NCBI GenBank assembly: GCA_010093745.1
Contig: MU006023.1
Span: forward strand, 1-64,000
DNA length: 64,000 bases
From: Piedraia hortae CBS 480.64
Taxonomy: Eukaryota
Direction: 5' to 3'
Positions 57,818 to 64,000 of the stretch are shown piece after piece (position 1 is the first letter of the stretch; each line of letters starts with the position of its first letter). The translations under genes and the position numbers were made by a program. The notes under the pieces were generated by a model that was given only the letters and a program-made list of their open reading frames with translations, was not told the DNA's origin and searched no databases.

Positions 57818-60490
57818 TCATCCAAGTACCCTCCTCAATCTACTCCTTCTAGTCCTCAACTTAACCGCATCTAACTGCGGTGGAACAACCTCATCCCCCG
57901 CCCCATCTACCTGCGAGATCGGCCCAACGGGGGACCACATAGTTTCCTTCCCCAACGGTCCAGAACTAACACACCTCTTCGAAGCTGAAAACCCACTCGC
58001 AAAGCTAGCGATGCTCAATTTTCTAATAACATTACTCGCCGAAGCGCGGAGCGGATCAGTCATCTTGGACGTCATACCAGGATAAGGCAAAAGGTCCTTT
58101 GTCCATACATCCGCAAGCAGACTCTCTAAACGGACACGGTCTGCACGGCGGGGAGCCAGGATTTGGGCGTTACTGTCTCCAGTCAATGTGGACACGGTTT
58201 GTGAGCGGGTAGTGGGATACTCGAGGGCCTCTTTCGCGGTCAGGGTGTTTTTGATAACCACTTGGACTGTTTCCACGCCCTCGGAGAGGGTCGCTGCGCG
58301 GCGGACGGATGGGCAGGATGCGGAAAAGTTCTTTTTGTGGTAATTTTTGCCGATACTACGCATTTCAGTGACAAGAGGGGAGTGGAGCTGGATTCCATGG
58401 ATGCCCGAAGATGCGTTGCGGGACTGGGTGGTGATGCATTCCGTCAGATTCTCACGCCAGACATTGGCTTCGACAGAGGAACATGCTGTTAGCAAGAGTT
58501 CGTAGACCTGTGTGCCGCGTTCGAATTCAAGTTTCCAGGTATATGGTGTTGTGGAGCATTGTAGGCCTGATCCGTTTTCGCAAGAGGTTATATCGACGCG
58601 GTCGAGGGATATTCCCACCAATGCACTGTATTTTTGTTGGCCTTCGACGGCACATGCAAGGAGGAGGGTTGATTTGAATAGGATGCAGACGAGGTAGTTG
58701 CCTTTGATGCGGGTTTTGGAATGCCAGGAGACATAAAGACAGCCGCAGAGCACGACTTGGCCTAGGAGCTGGAGGAAGATTGATCGAGGCACTTGACCAG
58801 AGAAGTTGAGTCGTTCACCAACTAGCCAGGTTCGTTCTAGTGCTTGCAGTTTGTCGCGGTCTGCGCTGGCTTGGTCAATGCGATGGCATACTTTTTTCAG
58901 CTCGTCGAGCAGTGTCTCGATTGTAGAGTGGCAGGAAGGGTCATCAAAGGCTGGTGTTAGTCTTGAAAGATCTCCAAATAGCAGCTCATATCGCGGTAGG
59001 CGTTGTATGGGCTACAGAGTCTTAGCCAGATATAGACTGCGACAGATCAAATGCTCACCTTTATCAATAAGTCCTTCAACGTCGAGGCTTTCCGTGCATT
59101 CGCCTCTCGACATTGTGCAGGATCCGTGGCGTGAGCCAATGCTTCAATAGCAATGTCATATTTCGGCCTAATTGGTGTCAAAAATACACCTCTGTCCCCC
59201 AGCAAAGTCTTACCAAATGGCAATGGACTGCTGCATATGCTCCACATCAGCACGCACGACTTCAAAGTAAACGCCAAAATCAGCATATTCCGCCAATCGA
59301 GGAAGATGGAGCAGAAAGATGTTGGCCACGGCTGTAATCGTGTCTGGAGAACAGAACATTGTTTCATCTTCAGATCTGCGACTAATGTCAAGAGAGCGGT
59401 GGGCTTGTCGGGTATTGCGGTGAGATTTCAGTCTGGGCACGGAGCCATCGACACTGTTCCATCGGGAATGAGATGGGGCAGAGCGCTGCGGAGTCCCACC
59501 GTCTGAGAATGGGATTGCAATCCGAAGCTCGGCAATTATATCTTGGTGGAGATGGATCAAATGGGATAGCATCAAGGATGCCCGTTTACGCACAAGACTG
59601 CCACTGTCGGATCGATATCCCAGCACGGTTGACAGTACCTGTCAATATTAGCGTGGATATTTTGAGTTGCGAAGATGACAGACATTGCAGAGGGTTTTGA
59701 GATCGGCAACGTAGCTTTCCTCGGTGTGAAGAAGCTCCAACACCTTCTCTCGCCGCATTTGGGAACGCGTCCTAGCAGCAGCATCAAGCAAGCCGCGCTG
59801 AGAATCAACGGAAGTTCTTGGATCAGAAGTCACGCTGCTTCTATCCTGTCTCTGTCGGAGCTTGTTGGTGTAATTCGATAAAGTAGCCATACTGGCGCTT
59901 GTGGCTGTTTTGATAGTAGCAACGAAACCAGACGATCCACCTGAACTTGACTGTTTATGATGCGTTGGCTTTGAATGTTCTGTGCGTTTCGGTTCGTCAA
60001 AGTCGTCAAGCGGCCATCGTGCAGCACTGGGAGTTGTGATGGCAACCTGGTGCTGCTTTCTGCGCCGCAATTGGCTCATCCATCGACTGAATGGCTTCTC
60101 TTCACTTGCGACTGTCCACACTTTGCTCTTCTTGGGCGTAATAGCTGGCAAAGATTTTGACATACCGATCCCATGTTTGGTTTGCTTGACTCGGCCAGCT
60201 TGATCATCGTAGTCTGAGTGACATAGAGCACTGTCAATCTTTTCAATTGGAGCTTTTCTGTTGGTTCTCGAATCAAGACGTTGAAGTTCAGGAAAGTTAT
60301 CACTTCCAGGATAGACACTACGGCTTGCAACCATTATAGGCGGCTTCGCGCCCGGATGTGACCAGTCAGGCGTATAGTCAAAATTTGCAAATGGGTCTAT
60401 CCAATCATCATAAACCCTCTTCCGCTTTACGGTTGCATTGGAACTGTCGGATGAAGAGTAACCTGCCGCATCGTCAAGGATAAGTTCCAT
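57818..60490 (-). CDS. Rho guanine nucleotide exchange factor (DH + PH-like)
   Basis: RREKVLELLHTEESYVADLK and DLLIK|PIQRLPRYELL; three introns (about 59639-59684, 59168-59213 and 59013-59059) join the ORF pieces. Confidence 0.88.
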
Positions 60491-63400
60491 GACATCTACT
60501 CACACAGGAAGAAGGGCTGTTTGGTATCATACGGGCGAGACGGGACATCTGATGACGAAAATTGGTAATAGGAAAGGTAAGCGCGTGCCGTGTTCTCATG
60601 TTGCACTAGCGAGGCAACTGCGATGGAAAGTTATTAGTAACCACGGCCGGCTACATCCACACATACATGTTCAAAACAGGGTTCAAGATAGCACAAGCAC
60701 AACCGTCTTCATCAGTGACAACAAACATGTATTCTGACTTCGAGAGTGTGAATTCAATTTTCACGGGATAGTAGTCTCAAGTGTAATTCAAAGTTCGAAA
60801 TTTTCCGTGTTGGATCAATTCAGTTGTTCACCGGGCCCCATTAAATTGGTCTTTCTAGAGCTGAACATTACGCAAAAACGGTGCCTTCAGAGAACATCAT
60901 CCCGAATTGATATAACATGAGTTAAAAACATTTCGCGATCGTTTGCTTGTCCAAGAGTGCTTGTATCCTAACCCACGTCTATAGCAGTGAATAATGCTGA
61001 GGTACGTCAACTGATGTCACGCCTAAGGTCATTGGATGTTGCATACAGTTATTCACCTCCGTAGGATCAGTCACACAATCATCGAATATTTTGTCGGTGT
61101 GACCCATGCCAAGAGGGATATAAAAGCCCCAGTCCACCACCCCTTCCTTCCTCATATCTCAGCTTTCCATCCTAATAGCATCGACTGCTTTCATTGTGTA
61201 GGATATCTACACGAATATCACACACACCTCAAAAGTAATATACCTCCATTTGTCATGGAAGACAATGCGATATGAAGTGTTTATTTCCAAAACCTCGTAA
61301 TCAGTACATGGGCTAAAGTGCTGCAATATCATACGGCACACACACATAAGCAATGAAGCAAGACAGTTTACCTGCATCTTACAAAACCTTTTGACCTCTC
61401 GAAGCAGCACTTTTCAAACTATCAAGCATATACCAGACACAGTTCTCCCGCAGGCTGTGCGAGGAACAGAATACCCAGCCTTCAATGAAGCGAAAACAAC
61501 ACCCAGATAACCATTGAGTCTGGGTCTTTCAATCCCACTAAGGAAATATCTCAAACCCGGCAGAACACAATGCTGGGGAAGGATAATCTGGGCGTGCGCC
61601 AATCATACTATCATCCTGATCAGAGAGATGAAGCACATGTGTTTGAAACGAGGTCAATGAAGAGTTCTCAAACTCTCTGAGAGGGAGAGATAGCGTGAAA
61701 TCCTGCGAAAGCGAAATAGAGAAGTCGAGACATTGCTTCTGGTGCGGGATCTCATCAGCCCCATTATATCCTATTGCGGGAACTGCGATCCGATTGTGCT
61801 TTCCTCAACCATTTACTTAATAAGATTTTACTTCGGGGAATGCGGATGGCAGTGTCAACATCAGATTCCCGGCAATAAGGGATACGAGCACGAGCAGAAG
61901 CTGCGTCAAGCAAAAGGAAGTCCGACGTGAGGAAAGTCCCATTAGTTACTTTTGAATACACATAGTCAACTGGGACGTGGCTTCACTGGCGAACCTTTTG
62001 AATCATATCGTTATTCAACGCAACTGGAGTGGTTATGTTTCTCCAAACACGACACGAAAGAACGTCTCTCTCCACTACGAAGCATCCACCGAGTCGCCCA
62101 TCCTTCCATCGAAACCACTCCGATCATTGACAAAGGCTGTCCAAGTGTTTCTCGAATTCTTACAGTCGTCACCACAATCGCGATCTGACTGTCCTGAGCC
62201 TAATCCTTGAATAACCAGTGATGGCAGCATAGCGTTTCATTCCCAGAATAATATCCGTAGAGCAATGCTTTCATTCGACATACTGGACATCAAAATCTAG
62301 GATACATTATGGCCCTATACGCTGTACAAAAACTTCCAACATGGCGAAAAGGCATCAGCAAATTTCCTTTCCCAAAGACATCGACAGCAAAATAAGTCGA
62401 ACTGGGACAGATTTTATAGAAAGCGAGGGGAACAGCCTGATGATTTTTGAGGAAATCCTGAACAAGCGATGGTTCTTCTCCCACTCAGCTGTTGGTGTTG
62501 TGTTTGTCGCTTGCTGTTGCGGGGAAGCTGGACATAACAATGGCTAAGAATGTGCTGGGTTCAAGTGTAGCCCGAATGCTACGAGAGTGGCAAGCCGGAG
62601 TTGCACTGATGGAAGTGGATTATTTTGCTTGGCTCCTCGGACTGGTACTGTGAACGGATGGGTTAGAGGGAGTACTTATTGATGCGGAATTATCAGCTCG
62701 ACAGTGGGAGTATTGGAGGGACATGTCCGTGCTTACAATGGCTCGCCTTGCTCCGGATTTTGCAGCATTGGTTCGTTCAGTAGCCTCCCTCTTTATGGAA
62801 AATTCACCGCGACAGCTAGCAACAATGGCAAATGCATTACCTTTCCTTAAAATAGAAGATGGGGTTATTTGCTGGTTATCCTCTCCAAATCGCATATTCC
62901 GTCGAAATGGAATGCTCAAGGTGGGAGAGTTCCAGAATCGGAGTCTTGTTACATGGACGATGGACCTGCAGAATGATCATCAGCATCTCGCGGAAGCAAA
63001 ACGCATCGGCGTTAAACTAGAGTGCCGGTTTCGCTCAGCATGGTTTTTTCTACTCCTGAGCGGATAGATACTGATCATGGAAGACTCCGGCATTAAGACA
63101 GTAATGCGTCCATAGTCTCAGGAATAGAATTTTGCTCGAATTCAGGATATCATAGTAGTAGGTATGTGTTTGTAACTTTCCAATATTTATTGTCACCGAT
63201 GAGGAGCTTTTGAGACAGTGGAATGACATTGAAGTTGGGCGCAACTTAGCAGCTTGTTAAGATGGTGAGTTGTTTTTCCCTATCCGAAAGTGCACATGAT
63301 GTAAAAATATGACATATTTGGCATATGGCGAATAGCAACGGGATGTTGGCATTTCTTGCACCGACTTTTTGGACCATTTCCACTAAGAACCGGTGCACAA

Positions 63401-64000
63401 TTGTCTTGGTTCAAGCGGCATACGTAAAACGGGTTCTAAAAGTGATGCAAAGATCTTATTCTCTTCAAGGACGGCTCGGCCCGATCGCAAAATAGCATTA
63501 ACAGCCTTGTCTCGGCGGAATAGCCAACGGTTGCCAACAATAGCATTTGCCTCAACGTTACTTGTCAAAGATAACAATTGTTAAGCCTGGCTTCCCAAAT
63601 TTTCCACCATAACAATTGACTCTGCATCATGACTGACGCAAGACCACGAATTCTTTGCCTTCATGGCGGCGGCGTCACGGGAGAGATTTTCTCCAAACAA
63701 GCCCGTACGTTGATCAAGAATCTCCCAGACTTCAGGCTTGTGTTTGCGGATGGGCCCTTTTTCTGCGATGCCGGCCCAGGAATCTTGCCTGTATATGCCG
63801 ATTATGGCCCATATCGGCGCTGGCTGCGTTGGCTTCAAGAACACCCAGCTGTTGACGATGAAAGCACGATCGAAGAGCTTGATTACTCCATTTCCACGGC
63901 GAAGAACCAAGATGAAGGAACAGGTCCGTGGGTAGGCTTGCTCGGGTTTTCTCAGGGTGCCAAGTTGGCTGCCAGTTTATTGTATGATCAACAGATCCAT

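Overview
Eukaryotic, fungal DNA from a filamentous ascomycete (Pezizomycotina-like), judged from short GT-AG introns with CTAAC branch points and the gene content; no prokaryotic features, CRISPR arrays, tRNA or rRNA genes were seen. About 20 compact housekeeping genes are packed with very short intergenic spaces: GT90/CAP10-like xylosyltransferase, Spa2-like, MSL5/BBP, NDUFAF5, VAM7, a TBC RabGAP, ENA1, TPT1, AP-1 gamma, FWD-1-like F-box/WD40, BNA3, QIP-like exonuclease, ferric reductase, EFR3, a CENP-B-type HTH protein, a PXA protein, ADH and a RhoGEF. These blocks are interrupted by decayed islands (about 2-10 kb, 22-25 kb, 28.3-32 kb, 52.5-56 kb and 60.5-64 kb). The islands hold four 5'-truncated copies of a Tad1-clade LINE (three near-identical, one diverged), an older LINE relic, and hAT and DDE transposase relics. 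The two most notable signals are (i) a 74-nt RNA structure at the LINE 3' end supported by compensatory base changes between the two LINE subfamilies, and (ii) an unusually long, hairpin-containing intron with four branch-point motifs inside the gene for the branch-point-binding protein itself, a candidate autoregulatory element. All product calls come from motif recognition by eye; no database searches were run.
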